DNA from: Bacteroidota bacterium
GTDB taxonomy: Bacteria; Bacteroidota; Ignavibacteria; Kapaibacteriales; UBA961
Reading direction: 5' to 3'
Length of the DNA: 64,000 nt
Assembly (NCBI GenBank): GCA_009919265.1
Contig: RGCF01000004.1
Span: forward strand, 6,185 to 70,184
A program made the position numbers and the translations under genes. Below are positions 19,169 through 30,900 of the stretch, one piece after another; position 1 is the first letter of the stretch; each line of letters starts with the position of its first letter. A model generated the notes under the pieces. The model was not told the origin of the DNA, did not search any database, and saw only the letters and a program-made list of their open reading frames with translations.

Positions 19169-21718
19169 ATGTTTACATTGCTTTCAACATCCATCAAACG
19201 ACTTTTTCTGGCTGCAATGTTCATTGCATCAAGCAATGTATTGTTTCCGCAAAGCAATAGTGATACTTCTACAATAAAGACACAAAGAACTGGTCTAGAC
19301 TCAACTGTTACTTATACATCCAGAGACAGTACTGTTTTTTCTTTGAAAAAGCGAACAATGTATTTAAAGGGCGATGCCGAGATTTCATTAAAACAACAAA
19401 TATTACAAGCGGAATCAATTGAAATTGATTTCAAAGGGTCTATTGTAAAGGCAGAAGGAAAGAAAGATTCTCTTGGGAAAAAAACTGGGTATCCCATTTT
19501 TGAAGATAATGGAGAAGAGTTCACCGGAGAGCGCATACTCTTCAATCTTGAAACAAGGAAAGGTACAATCACGCTTGGTGAAAGTAAGGCTGATGAAGGC
19601 GGCTACTATTATGGTTCAAAGGTAAAAAAAGAATCAGACAATACACTGTTCATTCAGAATGGCTGTTATACAACATGTACACAACCTCATCCGCATTTTT
19701 ACTTTGGCGCATCGAAAATGAAGGTTGTTACAAATGATCGCGTCTTTATGGAGAATATTTCCTTTGTTGTAGAGGATGTCCCTATCATTACCTTGCCACT
19801 GGGTATTTATGTTCCAAATAAAACGGGCAGAACTTCAGGTTTAATATTTAATATCCCATTCGTTTCAACTACAGATGGAATTGTTGCTCAGAATCTTGGT
19901 TATTTCTGGGCTATAAATGATTATATGGATGCTCAGTTTACCACAGATGTATTTAGCAAAACAGGTTATTTACTCAGAAATGCATGGAGATATTCCGTGC
20001 AAAATAATGTCAACGGTGCAATTACGTTTGAATATGGAAGAAGAAGGAAAGATGCACAATCTGATTATGTAAATAGCTGGCGAATTTCAGGGAATCATCA
20101 ACAGACAATAAGTCCACAATCGCGCATTACGGCCTCATTCAATGTTGCTAGTTCTGCATTTATCAATCGTTTTGCAAGTGAATTAAGTGATCGATTGACG
20201 CAATCATTATTTTCAAATGCAGGATATTCATCCTCATTTGATAATGGGACAACATTAGGAATTGATATAGCTGCGAATCAAAATATAGTGACAAAAGAAT
20301 ATTCTGTCAATCCTAATATTTCATACAATGTGCCCACATTTTTTCCTTTGAAAGCGTTGGCATCCGGTACCTCATGGCTTCAAGATATTGGTGTTTCTTA
20401 TTTTGTTCGTGGTGCATTTTCACATAATGCAATTCGATCAATTACAAAGAATTCTTTGGGTGTTTCAGACACATTGTTTACAGACAAGAATTCAAGTGTC
20501 ATACGCCACAATCCATCCATCAGCGTATCCCCCAAACTTGGATATTTTTCATTGACACCTGGTATTTCATACTCCGAAAATTGGTATTTCAGGTCTTTGA
20601 GAAAATCGATGAATCTTATTGATTCAACAATTACTGAATCAATTGAAACAAGTGCTGTACCACTGAGAGAAACACAATTTCAAGCTTCACTCGGAATTGG
20701 GACTCGTCTCTTTGGATTGATGAAGCCAAGAATATTTGGAATCAATGCTGTAAGACATACATTCTCACCAACTGTCTCCGTATCATATATTCCAGAATAT
20801 TCATCGTTGAATTCTGATAATATTAGAACCTATAGAGATATTAGGGTAAACAAAGACATTGAATACTCTCGTTTTGAATTGGATGGAGGAAGAGGTGCGA
20901 ATAGAGGCTCAACATTTGTGAATTATTCTTTGAGCAATCGCTTTGAAGCGAAGATGATCCAAGGCGACACTGCTGACAAAAATGTTGATTTGTTGCAATT
21001 AGATATTTCCGGTTCTTATGCAATGGCATTGGATTCACTTAATTGGAGTGCAATTACAATGGGATTTCGTACTCCTTCAATTGGTTCTTTCAACTTAAAT
21101 GGAAATGCTGGATTCACATTATACGATGAAGAAAAGAATGCTTTCGGTTCCATAGTTCCTATCAATGCATTATTGATTGAAAGGAATAAAGGGCTCGCTC
21201 GTTTAACTTTTGCTTCTGTTAATCTTTCAGCACAATTTGCTTCGGGTACTATGTCTATTCAATCTTCCAAAAAAGATACTTCTGAACAGTCTTGGGGATT
21301 CACAGATGATCGATTTGCTATTAGGAATATCGATGAAAGAGAACAAGTGGATTATTATGGTGAACGAGGGATTGGTGGAAGACCTTTGCAATTTCCATGG
21401 TCAATGTCTACTAGCGTGACATATTATTATGGAGAACCAATAAAAGGGATGATAAGCAGAAGATTCGATGCAAGAGCTGACATAGACCTCAAACTAACAT
21501 CAACATTGAATGTTCGTTCAACATTTAGTTATGATTTCATCAATGCTATGATTGTTGCTCCAAGTATTTCAATCGTTAAAGATCTTGATTGCTGGGAATT
21601 GTCTGCCAATTGGTACCCTACTGGTTTTAATCAGGGATTCATTATCCGATTTGCAGCGAAGGCCTCGCAATTGCGAGACCTTCAATTAATAAAGCGGAAC
21701 TTGCCGGTATTTCGATAA
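19169..21718 (+). CDS. lptD: LPS-assembly protein LptD
   Basis: OstA-like N-terminus, YTTCTQPHPHFY, GYFWAINDYMD, beta-barrel strands, C-terminal KDLDCWE...LRDLQL as in Bacteroidota LptD. Confidence 0.85.
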   Translation: MFTLLSTSIKRLFLAAMFIASSNVLFPQSNSDTSTIKTQRTGLDSTVTYTSRDSTVFSLKKRTMYLKGDAEISLKQQILQAESIEIDFKGSIVKAEGKKDSLGKKTGYPIFEDNGEEFTGERILFNLETRKGTITLGESKADEGGYYYGSKVKKESDNTLFIQNGCYTTCTQPHPHFYFGASKMKVVTNDRVFMENISFVVEDVPIITLPLGIYVPNKTGRTSGLIFNIPFVSTTDGIVAQNLGYFWAINDYMDAQFTTDVFSKTGYLLRNAWRYSVQNNVNGAITFEYGRRRKDAQSDYVNSWRISGNHQQTISPQSRITASFNVASSAFINRFASELSDRLTQSLFSNAGYSSSFDNGTTLGIDIAANQNIVTKEYSVNPNISYNVPTFFPLKALASGTSWLQDIGVSYFVRGAFSHNAIRSITKNSLGVSDTLFTDKNSSVIRHNPSISVSPKLGYFSLTPGISYSENWYFRSLRKSMNLIDSTITESIETSAVPLRETQFQASLGIGTRLFGLMKPRIFGINAVRHTFSPTVSVSYIPEYSSLNSDNIRTYRDIRVNKDIEYSRFELDGGRGANRGSTFVNYSLSNRFEAKMIQGDTADKNVDLLQLDISGSYAMALDSLNWSAITMGFRTPSIGSFNLNGNAGFTLYDEEKNAFGSIVPINALLIERNKGLARLTFASVNLSAQFASGTMSIQSSKKDTSEQSWGFTDDRFAIRNIDEREQVDYYGERGIGGRPLQFPWSMSTSVTYYYGEPIKGMISRRFDARADIDLKLTSTLNVRSTFSYDFINAMIVAPSISIVKDLDCWELSANWYPTGFNQGFIIRFAAKASQLRDLQLIKRNLPVFR

Positions 21719-21723
21719 TCTTT

Positions 21724-24700
21724 TTATTGAAAAGCAGTATTCAAGAAAGCTTGTTTTTCGGCTTCATGTTTTTTCCCAAACCCCGTTGCAGGACTTGCTG
21801 CTTCAGATCTTCCTGCATAAGACAATTGTTGACCTGCAGATAGGGTTTCAATCAATCGTGGAGCAATGAAAAACCAAGAACCTTGATTCTTTGGCTCTTC
21901 TTGTACCCATATCACTTTTTTTGCATGTGAATACTGAGCGAGTATTTCTTTTGCCATATCATCTCTGAAAGGATACAATTGTTCAACTCTGATGATTGCA
22001 ACAGATTGTTGAGCTTGTAGTTTCGTTCTTTCGGCAATCAAATCATAGTACACCTTACCGGAGCATAATAGAACTCTTTCCACCGAGGATGGTTGAGATA
22101 TTGCATCATCATTGATAATCTCTTTGAATGAAGGAACCAATAAATCATTCAATACTGATATTGGTTTTCTCAGAATTTCTTTTGGAGACATCACAATCAT
22201 TGGCTTCCTATAAGGTGCCTTTACTTGACGACGCAATGCATGAAAATACTGCGCAGGTGTAGTGAAATTACAGACGAACATATTATTCTCTGCACAAAGC
22301 TGAAGAAAACGCTCAAGTCGCGCACTTGAATGTTCAGGACCTTGTCCTTCATAACCATGCGGAAGTAATAAAGTAAGATTGGAATGTTGTCCCCACTTTG
22401 CTTCAGAACTACTGATGAATTGGTCTATTACCACTTGAGCTCCATTCACAAAATCTCCAAACTGCGCTTCCCAGAGAGTCAGGCCATCTACAAGTATGGT
22501 TGAATAACCGAATTCAAATCCAAGCACAGCTTCTTCAGACAATGGGCTATTATAAATTCGTAATTGTCCTTGTTTGTCAGAAAGTGAATTCAATAAAATC
22601 AATTCTTCTTCTGTTTGAAAATCTCGCAAGATTGCATGTCTATGGCTAAATGTTCCACGGCCACAATCTTGTCCGCTCATGCGAATATCATGTCCTTCTA
22701 GCAACAAAGATCCAAAAGCGAGTGCTTCTCCCATAGCCCAGTCAATCGCAGGTTGATCCGAATCAAGCATGTGCGAGCGTTTTTGTAATAGGTCAATAAC
22801 TTTAGGATTTGCTGTAAAGCCAGATGGTACATGCGAAATCTTGTGTACGATAGAACGCAGTATTGCTGGATCTACTTTTGTTTCAACTACAGAAAGAATA
22901 TTTGCACCGGAATATGGATCGTGAACTTTTGTTGTTGAAGAATTTCTTGCAGAAAATGCAGAATTCAATTCATCTTTTACTTCATTCATGATTCCACTTA
23001 ATTCTTCTTCGGTAAATATGCCACTAACTTCCAATGTATGTGCATATTGCTTACGAACAGGAATCTGTGCTTTAATTTTCTTATAGAGCAAAGGTTGGGT
23101 ATAACTTGGTTCATCGGTTTCATTATGACCATATTTTCGATAGCAAAAAAGATCAACAATAACATCATCATTGAATTTTTGTCGATATTCAAATGCAAAC
23201 ATGGCAGCAATGCGAACTGCTTCTGGGTCATCACCATTGACATGAATGATTGGAACTTGAAGCATTTTCGCAATATCACTTGCATATGGAGTGGATCTTC
23301 CATCATCAGGTGATGTGGTAAATCCAATCTGATTATTGATAATCACATGAATTGTTCCACCAGTTTTATATCCTGTAAGACGCGACAAGTTCAATGTTTC
23401 AGGGACAACTCCCTGCCCTGCAAAAGCAGCATCTCCATGCACAAGGATTGGTAAATGAGAATCACAGTCTTTATCATCAATCAAATCATCCAAAGCTCTC
23501 GCCATTCCTTCGACAACAGGATTTACTGCTTCCAAATGACTTGGATTGGGTGCTAACATCACACTTACAGTTTCACCTGTTCTAGAAGTATATATGCCTG
23601 TTGCACCGAGATGATATTTCACATCACCGGAACCTTCGAATGAATTTGGATCATAATTTCCTTCGAACTCATCAAATATTTTGTCATATGGTTTGTTCAA
23701 AATATTTGCAAGCACATTCAATCGACCTCTGTGGGCCATTCCGATAACTACGCCACGCAAAGAATCTTTTGATGAAAGTTCGAGTGTTTTTTCGAGGAAC
23801 GTAATTGTTGTTTCACCTCCTTCAAGTGAAAAACGTTTCGATCCCAAGTACTTTGTATGAAGATATTGCTCGAATTGTTCTGCCTTTGTGAGATGCTTGA
23901 AAATGTGCAATCTCTGTTCTTTTGAAAATGAATATGAGAATCTTGAAGGTTCTACCCATTTTTGAATGAAGCGCTCTTTTACAGGATCTTGAACATGCAT
24001 ATATTCGATACCCAATTTTCCGCAATAGGTATCATGAAGCATATCAATGATGTCTCGAAGCGAAGCTCGATTAATTCCCCCAAGTCCACCTGTATCGAAT
24101 TCTCTATCCAAATCCCAAATCGTAAACCCATAGGCTGCAGGATCAAGCTCAGGATAGTAATATGCTTGCAATCCAAGTGGGTTTACATCAGCTAGGAAAT
24201 GTCCACGAACTCTAAATGCATTGATAAGTTGTGCAACGCGAGCTTCCTTATCCAATGATTCCAATTCGTCTTGAGGCATGAATGGATTGATTCTATTATC
24301 TTTTTGCCAACGAACAGGCTCAAATGGTATATGAAGATTTGCGAAAATTTGATCATAAAAATGTTCTTCACCCAAAACCAATTTATGAACATAAGCTAGG
24401 AACTCTCCAGATTCGGCCCCTTGAATGATGCGGTGATCATATGTGCTAGTGATGGTGAGAACTTTGCTGATTGCAAGAGTTGACAAAACATCAGGCATGA
24501 CAGCTTGAAACTCAGCAGGGTATTCGATTGAACCCGTTGCGATGATCAAACCTTGGCCTTCCATCAATCGCGGCACAGAAGAAACTGTACCAATTGTTCC
24601 GGGATTCGTCAGTGAAATCGAAGCACCTGACAATTCATCAACTGAGAGTTTATTTGCTCTGGCTTTTGAAATCAATCCATCATATTCTGCACAAAAATCT

Positions 24701-25338
24701 GAGAATGTCATTGCTTGCGAATTCTTGATGCTAGGAACAACAAGCATTCTCATACCATCTTTGCGTGTAACATCAACTGCCAAACCAATATTGACCGAAG
24801 ATCTTTTGATTCTGTGAGGAATTCCATCAACAACAGAAAAAGCATCATTCATATGAGGATATTTCACCAAAGCTTTGACAAGAGCCCAAGCCAGTATATG
24901 CGTATATGAAACTTTCTTCTTATTGTTTTTTACAAGATGTCTATTGATCAATCTTCGATTTTCTTCGAGAGCCTTCACAGGTATAACTCTGAAAGAAGTT
25001 GCCGTGGGTACATTGAGCGATTGCGACATATTTGAAGCAATGCGCATTCCTATGCTGGATAATTTCTCAGGGATGTCAGATGATGCAAGTGGAATGGAAG
25101 TTTCTTGTTTTGATTGCGGGCTCTGCTGATCAACTCTTTGTTCTTGTTTATGTACCGGAGTTTCTTGCACAACCTCAATGATATCATCAGTTGCCTGCAG
25201 TGGTTGTTGTTGAATGGAAGAAATTGTCGCATCTTTTCTTGCTTGGAAATATGCTCGCCATTCTTCACCGACAGAATTCGGATCATGAAGAAAGTCTGCA
25301 TATAAGTCATCTATATATGCGCTATTGGGAGTCAGCAT
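21724..25338 (-). CDS. sucA: Fused 2-oxoglutarate dehydrogenase, E2-like succinyltransferase plus E1 (OdhA/Kgd type)
   Basis: SLTNPGTIGT and TSTYDHRIIQGAESGEFL (E2 catalytic domain), then KRFSLEG, GMAHRGRLN, GDVKYHLG, HGDAAFAGQG, WEAQFGDF, LPHGYEGQGPEHSSAR. Start refined to ATG 25338; the track gives 25365. Confidence 0.93.
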   Translation of the reverse strand: MLTPNSAYIDDLYADFLHDPNSVGEEWRAYFQARKDATISSIQQQPLQATDDIIEVVQETPVHKQEQRVDQQSPQSKQETSIPLASSDIPEKLSSIGMRIASNMSQSLNVPTATSFRVIPVKALEENRRLINRHLVKNNKKKVSYTHILAWALVKALVKYPHMNDAFSVVDGIPHRIKRSSVNIGLAVDVTRKDGMRMLVVPSIKNSQAMTFSDFCAEYDGLISKARANKLSVDELSGASISLTNPGTIGTVSSVPRLMEGQGLIIATGSIEYPAEFQAVMPDVLSTLAISKVLTITSTYDHRIIQGAESGEFLAYVHKLVLGEEHFYDQIFANLHIPFEPVRWQKDNRINPFMPQDELESLDKEARVAQLINAFRVRGHFLADVNPLGLQAYYYPELDPAAYGFTIWDLDREFDTGGLGGINRASLRDIIDMLHDTYCGKLGIEYMHVQDPVKERFIQKWVEPSRFSYSFSKEQRLHIFKHLTKAEQFEQYLHTKYLGSKRFSLEGGETTITFLEKTLELSSKDSLRGVVIGMAHRGRLNVLANILNKPYDKIFDEFEGNYDPNSFEGSGDVKYHLGATGIYTSRTGETVSVMLAPNPSHLEAVNPVVEGMARALDDLIDDKDCDSHLPILVHGDAAFAGQGVVPETLNLSRLTGYKTGGTIHVIINNQIGFTTSPDDGRSTPYASDIAKMLQVPIIHVNGDDPEAVRIAAMFAFEYRQKFNDDVIVDLFCYRKYGHNETDEPSYTQPLLYKKIKAQIPVRKQYAHTLEVSGIFTEEELSGIMNEVKDELNSAFSARNSSTTKVHDPYSGANILSVVETKVDPAILRSIVHKISHVPSGFTANPKVIDLLQKRSHMLDSDQPAIDWAMGEALAFGSLLLEGHDIRMSGQDCGRGTFSHRHAILRDFQTEEELILLNSLSDKQGQLRIYNSPLSEEAVLGFEFGYSTILVDGLTLWEAQFGDFVNGAQVVIDQFISSSEAKWGQHSNLTLLLPHGYEGQGPEHSSARLERFLQLCAENNMFVCNFTTPAQYFHALRRQVKAPYRKPMIVMSPKEILRKPISVLNDLLVPSFKEIINDDAISQPSSVERVLLCSGKVYYDLIAERTKLQAQQSVAIIRVEQLYPFRDDMAKEILAQYSHAKKVIWVQEEPKNQGSWFFIAPRLIETLSAGQQLSYAGRSEAASPATGFGKKHEAEKQAFLNTAFQ

Positions 25339-25437
25339 TTGGCAACTCTTGAGATATGTAGTCAATACTCACTGATCGATGTGTAAAGTCAATCCATCAA
25401 AAACAATGATTCAAGAGTAAACAATCATCGATCATTG

Positions 25438-25522
25438 TGCCCGGGGCGGGACTCGAACCCGCACGTACGTTGCCATACCCGAGATTTTAAGTCTCGTGCG
25501 TCTGCCATTTCGCCACCCGGGC
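25438..25522 (-). tRNA. tRNA-Leu (anticodon TAA)
   Basis: Minus strand GCCCGGGTGGCGAAATGGCAGACGCACGAGACTTAAAATCTCG...GGTTCGAGTCCCGCCCCGGGCA; long variable arm; CCA not encoded. Confidence 0.95.
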
Positions 25523-25674
25523 TATAGGTATTGCTAAATTACTGAATTTTAGCCAATAATAGCATCCATTTTCATCCATACATTAGGGTTTTTTGTACAA
25601 TTTTGAGGGTTCGGTCTTTTCCCGTATTTTCTGCTCAGTATTTTCCGACACAAAAGACAGTATCATTACTTTTT

Positions 25675-26586
25675 ATGGACAAAGCAGTACATATCATTGG
25701 ATTTCCGATGGATCTTGGATCTGGTAGAAGGGGTGTGGACATGGGACCTTCTGCATTGAGAATCGCCGGACTAGCAGATAAAATCAGATCACTAGGCTAC
25801 AGCATAATCGATGAAGGAGATATTCCGGTTGCAAATCAAGAAACATGTGATGTCTATAGTGATACCTTAAAATTCTTACCAAGCATCAAAGATGCTAATA
25901 CATTATTAGCATCAAAAGTTGAGTCTGTACTTGACAATAACGGATTTCCACTCATAATAGGTGGTGATCATGCAATGGGAATTGGAACAATTGCTGGGAT
26001 TTCCGGTCATTGTAAAAAAGAAGGTAAAACACTTGGAGTTCTCTGGATTGATGCACATGCAGATATGAATACCCCAGAAACCACTCCTTCTGGAAATATT
26101 CATGGAATGCCTCTTGCTATTTCAATGGGCTATGGTGCCGAAGAATTAGTCAATCTTCATTATCCCGGTCCAAAAATAAAACCTGAACATTTAGTGATTG
26201 TTGGTGCTCGATCCATAGATAGTGGAGAAAGAGATTTCATTCATCAGATCGGTGTTACAACTCATACAATGGTTTCCATTGACAAAAATGGCATCTATGA
26301 AATCACAATGAGAACACTTGAGCGCATGAGATCTACTGTGGATCATTTACATATTAGCTTTGATTTGGATAGTGTTGATCCTAGTGTTGCTAAAGGTGTT
26401 GGAACACCAGTTCCAGGTGGGTTATCCTATCGCGAAGCCCATCTCATCATGGAAATGGCGGCAGAAAGCGGCCTTGTTTCATCTTTTGAAGTGAGCGAGG
26501 TAAATCCCATTTTAGATGATATGAATGCCAGTGCAATTTTTGCAACAGACATCGTAGCATCGTGTATGGGTAAGAGAATTTTATAA
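25675..26586 (+). CDS. rocF: Arginase
   Basis: GVDMGP, GGDH, WIDAHADMNTPETTPSGNIHGMP, HISFDLD, GTPVPGG, EVNP. Start refined to 25675. Confidence 0.93.
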   Translation: MDKAVHIIGFPMDLGSGRRGVDMGPSALRIAGLADKIRSLGYSIIDEGDIPVANQETCDVYSDTLKFLPSIKDANTLLASKVESVLDNNGFPLIIGGDHAMGIGTIAGISGHCKKEGKTLGVLWIDAHADMNTPETTPSGNIHGMPLAISMGYGAEELVNLHYPGPKIKPEHLVIVGARSIDSGERDFIHQIGVTTHTMVSIDKNGIYEITMRTLERMRSTVDHLHISFDLDSVDPSVAKGVGTPVPGGLSYREAHLIMEMAAESGLVSSFEVSEVNPILDDMNASAIFATDIVASCMGKRIL

Positions 26587-26604
26587 TCTACCGAGGAGGA
26601 TATC

Positions 26605-26898
26605 ATGAAATTCACAGTCACAGCCAGACATTTCAAAGCCTGGCCTGAATTGCAAGATACATTGAAGCACAAGGCTGATCAATTTTCAAAAGCACATCCT
26701 CACATTACTAGCACAGAGGTTGTTCTTTCTGAAGAGCATGATAAAGAAGTAGAATTCATTGTTCATGTAAATCAACATATATTGAGTTCGAGAGATACAG
26801 GAAATGATTTCGATGCTGCAATTCATTCAGCAACAGACAAAATGATTTCACAATTACGAAAACTTCGCGAAAAACAATCTGATTATCGCAGAATGTAA
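26605..26898 (+). CDS. raiA: Ribosome hibernation factor HPF/RaiA (short form)
   Basis: MKFTVTARH...AIHSATDKMISQLRKLREK; strong SD GAGGAGG; adjacent to hprK. Confidence 0.8.
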   Translation: MKFTVTARHFKAWPELQDTLKHKADQFSKAHPHITSTEVVLSEEHDKEVEFIVHVNQHILSSRDTGNDFDAAIHSATDKMISQLRKLREKQSDYRRM

Positions 26899-26912
26899 AT
26901 GATGGAACTTGC

Positions 26913-27932
26913 ATGAGTTTACTTGATCAAATACAACCAATTTCTAAAGAGATGATTCCGGTTAGACTTCTCCTGAAAGCGCCAATTCAATGGACTCAGC
27001 TGACAGGTGAAATCGGACTGGATAATGTTATCACCGACAAAAGCTTACATCGTCCCCAACTTGCACTTGCAGGTTTTGTTGGTTTATTTACTTTCCACAG
27101 AGTACAAGTCTTTGGAAATACAGAGATATACTATTTGCAATCATTAACTGCAGAAGAAAGAATCAAGTCATTCAAAACACTGTCAAAGTTTAATATTCCC
27201 TGTATCATTGTCACGAATGGTCATGAACTTGACTCAGAAATCATTGACATCGCGAAACAACAAAACATTGCCATATTTCAAACTCCATTTGGTACTACTA
27301 AAACTATTGCTCTGCTTTCAGATTTTCTAGAAGACCAATTTGCTGAACAAGCAGTTGTACATGGTTCTTTTGTTGATATCTATGGTGTTGGGGTATTACT
27401 GCATGGAAGAAGTGGTATTGGAAAAAGTGAAATCGCTCTTGACTTGATTGAAAGAGGCCACAGGCTTGTTGCTGATGATGTCATCATGCTGACAAAAAAA
27501 CGTGAAAATGTATTGATGGGCACTGGCACTTCGCTCGTAAAACATTTTATGGAGATACGAGGTCTTGGTATTATCAATGTCGAAAAAATGTTTGGTATTC
27601 GTGCAATTCGATTTCAAAAGCGATTAGAAATTGTCGTTGAACTTGAAGAGTGGAATAAGGATGGAAACTATACGAGAACCGGTCTTGACGAAGATCCATT
27701 TTCAATTTTACAAGTTCCGGTTTCGAGAGTGATCTTACCAATATTTCCTGGTAAAAATGTTACTGTTATCGCTGAAGTCATTGCATTGAATTATTTACTC
27801 AAAACATATGGATATCATGCTGCAAATGTATTTTCAGAAACATTGGAATATGAGATTAAAAAGAAAACAGATGAAATTGCATCACTCCATGATGATAGAT
27901 TGATATCGTATTTCCAAAGTGATATAGAATAA
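26913..27932 (+). CDS. hprK: HPr kinase/phosphorylase
   Basis: HRPQLALAGF, GRSGIGKSEIALDLIERGHRLVADD, MEIRGLGII. Confidence 0.95.
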   Translation: MSLLDQIQPISKEMIPVRLLLKAPIQWTQLTGEIGLDNVITDKSLHRPQLALAGFVGLFTFHRVQVFGNTEIYYLQSLTAEERIKSFKTLSKFNIPCIIVTNGHELDSEIIDIAKQQNIAIFQTPFGTTKTIALLSDFLEDQFAEQAVVHGSFVDIYGVGVLLHGRSGIGKSEIALDLIERGHRLVADDVIMLTKKRENVLMGTGTSLVKHFMEIRGLGIINVEKMFGIRAIRFQKRLEIVVELEEWNKDGNYTRTGLDEDPFSILQVPVSRVILPIFPGKNVTVIAEVIALNYLLKTYGYHAANVFSETLEYEIKKKTDEIASLHDDRLISYFQSDIE

Positions 27933-27959
27933 TTACTCAACATCTACCCCAAAGCATTC

Positions 27960-30900
27960 ATGAAGTATATTACCCCAATCCTCTTTTTGCTTTTAGGAAT
28001 TTGTACATTCCACATGCAAGCCCAACCAGCATGCGACAGAGATCGGTCATGTATAGGTAGAGCAGTTCAGATGTCGGTGAATACCGGCAGAGGAGCACAT
28101 TTTGTTGAAGTGACTGGTTATTCTATTCCTGACAAGAAACAAACAGCAATGACACTTGAAATGTGGGTGAAAGTTGATCGATTGCCAAATACCGTTCAAT
28201 TCTTGGGTGGATTATGGGGACCTGGTTTTGACAATAATGATTCATGGCAATTATATATTAATCAATCCAATGAATTGGTTTTTGAAGTTAATGGTGATGG
28301 AACAAAACTTCGTGGGGTAGACAATACAAAAACAAGTGTTCCATTCTCTTCATTTTTTGGAAAATGGACACATGTTGCTGCTATATTCGATGGTTCAAGC
28401 AATGCTGTCTCAATTTATTTGAATAGCGAACTATATGCAGGACCTACAAATAATCCAACTTATCCTGTTTCATATCTTCGACCACCTGAAAAGCAAGGGT
28501 TGAGGCTTATGTTTGGAAGCACAAATGGGTTATCAGACAATACAACAATCAATCGTACATTTCGCGGACAAATGGACGAGATTAGACTTTGGAATAGAGT
28601 TCTCACACCTCAAGAATTGTATTGCAATATGTCTAAGTCGCTTGCTTGGAATACTCCAAATCTCACACTCTATTATCGTTGTAATGAAGCTGACGGAGTT
28701 GTAACATTATGCGATGCAACTGGTAAGAATTTTGTGGGTACCATGTTTAGTGGCACTAAATGTGTTCCATCAGATAGAACTATTCAACAAAAAGTAATTG
28801 TACAACCTGCTTCTTTGACTCAAGAACTTCAATGTATAAGGGATACAACTTTTGTATTTACGATAACTGATACCTCTGTTTGTGGAAGTGGAGCAACATT
28901 CGTGATGGATAATGTTGATAGAACTTCATTTACCATCAGTAGAGCAACTATTAATCTACTACCCAATCAACCAGATACCATTTCGGTTAGGGTAAGATCA
29001 AGTGTGGTTGGGCCTATTATTGCAGATCTAAAAATTCGTCCTACCAATGCTTGTGGCAGAGAAATAGTAGTTCCGATTCGTCTCAATAGAAAAACTGAAT
29101 TTTCATTTCCCCGAACTCCAATCAATTTTGATACATTATATGTAGGATGTCCATCACAAACCTATAAGGATACCACCTATCGCATTTGCAATGTTTCAGA
29201 TTCATTGGGCATAGGCAGAGGAAGGCCCGTTCGAATCGAGAGTATTTTCAACAGAATACCAGGTCGATTTAGCATAGTATCTCCTTCCCTTCCCGCCACT
29301 ATTCCACAAGGATCATGTGTTGATATTGTGGTAAGATTTAGAGTATTTCCGAATGATACCTCGACAAACTTTTTTGACACATTGACCATAAATACGAATG
29401 ACAGATGTGAGCCAAATGTTATAACTGTTCCTGTTAAAGGAGTCGTTAGAGAAGTGTTATCCATCACTAATGAAGCAGGAAATAGAAAATTAGATTCTAT
29501 TAAGTGGGGTGTTGAATGTATTAATACATTATCGAATCCAAGTATGTGGGTTTGGAAGAATTTAACTTCTCGTCCAATTACAATAGATACTATCATCGTT
29601 CCACAAGGATTCACTGGAAGAAGGCTCGGCAATAAACCCGTATTAAATCCAAATACTGGGTATTCCGCAAATTATTTTAGATTCTTTCCTCAAAGATCTG
29701 GTGTTTATAAAGATTCAGCAGTCATCAGGTATACAATTAATGGCATAAACTGCACTTTCGAAAAAAAGGTCTATTTATCCGGAACAGGATATGAAGCGAA
29801 AGTAAGATGGACAGCAAGAATCATCGACTCCGGAGATTGTATAGTAGGACAACAAAAACGCATCATAGCATCAATCAAAAACGAGGCAGTTGATCCTTTA
29901 AATATCTCATTTTATTTCGAAGTTGGAGAAGTATTCTTCTTCCCTGGTGGCAGATCATTCAGCATAGCTCCAGGTGAAACGAAAAATGTATCGATTGACT
30001 TTAAACCTCTAAAAGACTCACAGTATGTTGACAAGCTTTGTCTATTTGAAACAAGATGTTTTACTACGGATTGTATTCAAGTCAAAGGCAGGGGCGTATT
30101 GGAAACTTTCAAATTTGATCCAATCATGATGAAAACGGAAAATGTATTGGGATGCGGTGAACAACTTGATACATTGGATATTTTGAACATTGCAACATTT
30201 GATCAACGAGTACAGAAATTTTCTCTCGCAGATCCATCAGGTAAATATTCCATCATATCACCACCAAACTTATTGACACTAGATACAATCATTCCTAGAT
30301 CAGGAAAGCTACGCGTTATTTTTAAATACACTCCAAATGATATTACAAAAGACAGAGCAGATCGTGCATTTTTAAATTATGAATCCAATACAGTAAAATG
30401 GTCTGCCCCATTATATGGAACTTCAGCTAATCCAAAATTATTCCTTACCCCACTGACAACATTTGGTACTATCGAAGTAAGTGACACAATAACACAAACT
30501 GTGCTAGTAGAAAATGTATCATTTCTTCCAGTACGACTTGATTCATTGACAATTCCACAAGGATTTTCTATAGTCAGTTCAACAAGAGCAATTCCAACTG
30601 TCATGGCCCCGCGTGATTCTATTTTAGTGAAAGTTCGGTTCCAACCTGATTCAGCGAAAACATATACAGGACAGATTACTGCATATTCAGATTATCCTTG
30701 TCCAATTACAGAACAAGGTTCATTGACCGGTAGGGGTATTATTATCCCATTGGATATTCCAATCTCATTAATGAATTGGGGATATACCAAACCATGCGAT
30801 TGCGTCGAACGAAGACTCCCCTTGGTAAATAAATCTATAGTACATCCAATGACTGTTGACTCGCTCATCATTGATAGTACAGGTATTCCAAATGGTACAC

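Noticed and set aside
25438-25600. tRNA-Leu as an integration site for an island
   Set aside because: No integrase, no duplicated tRNA 3' end seen, and housekeeping genes on both sides.
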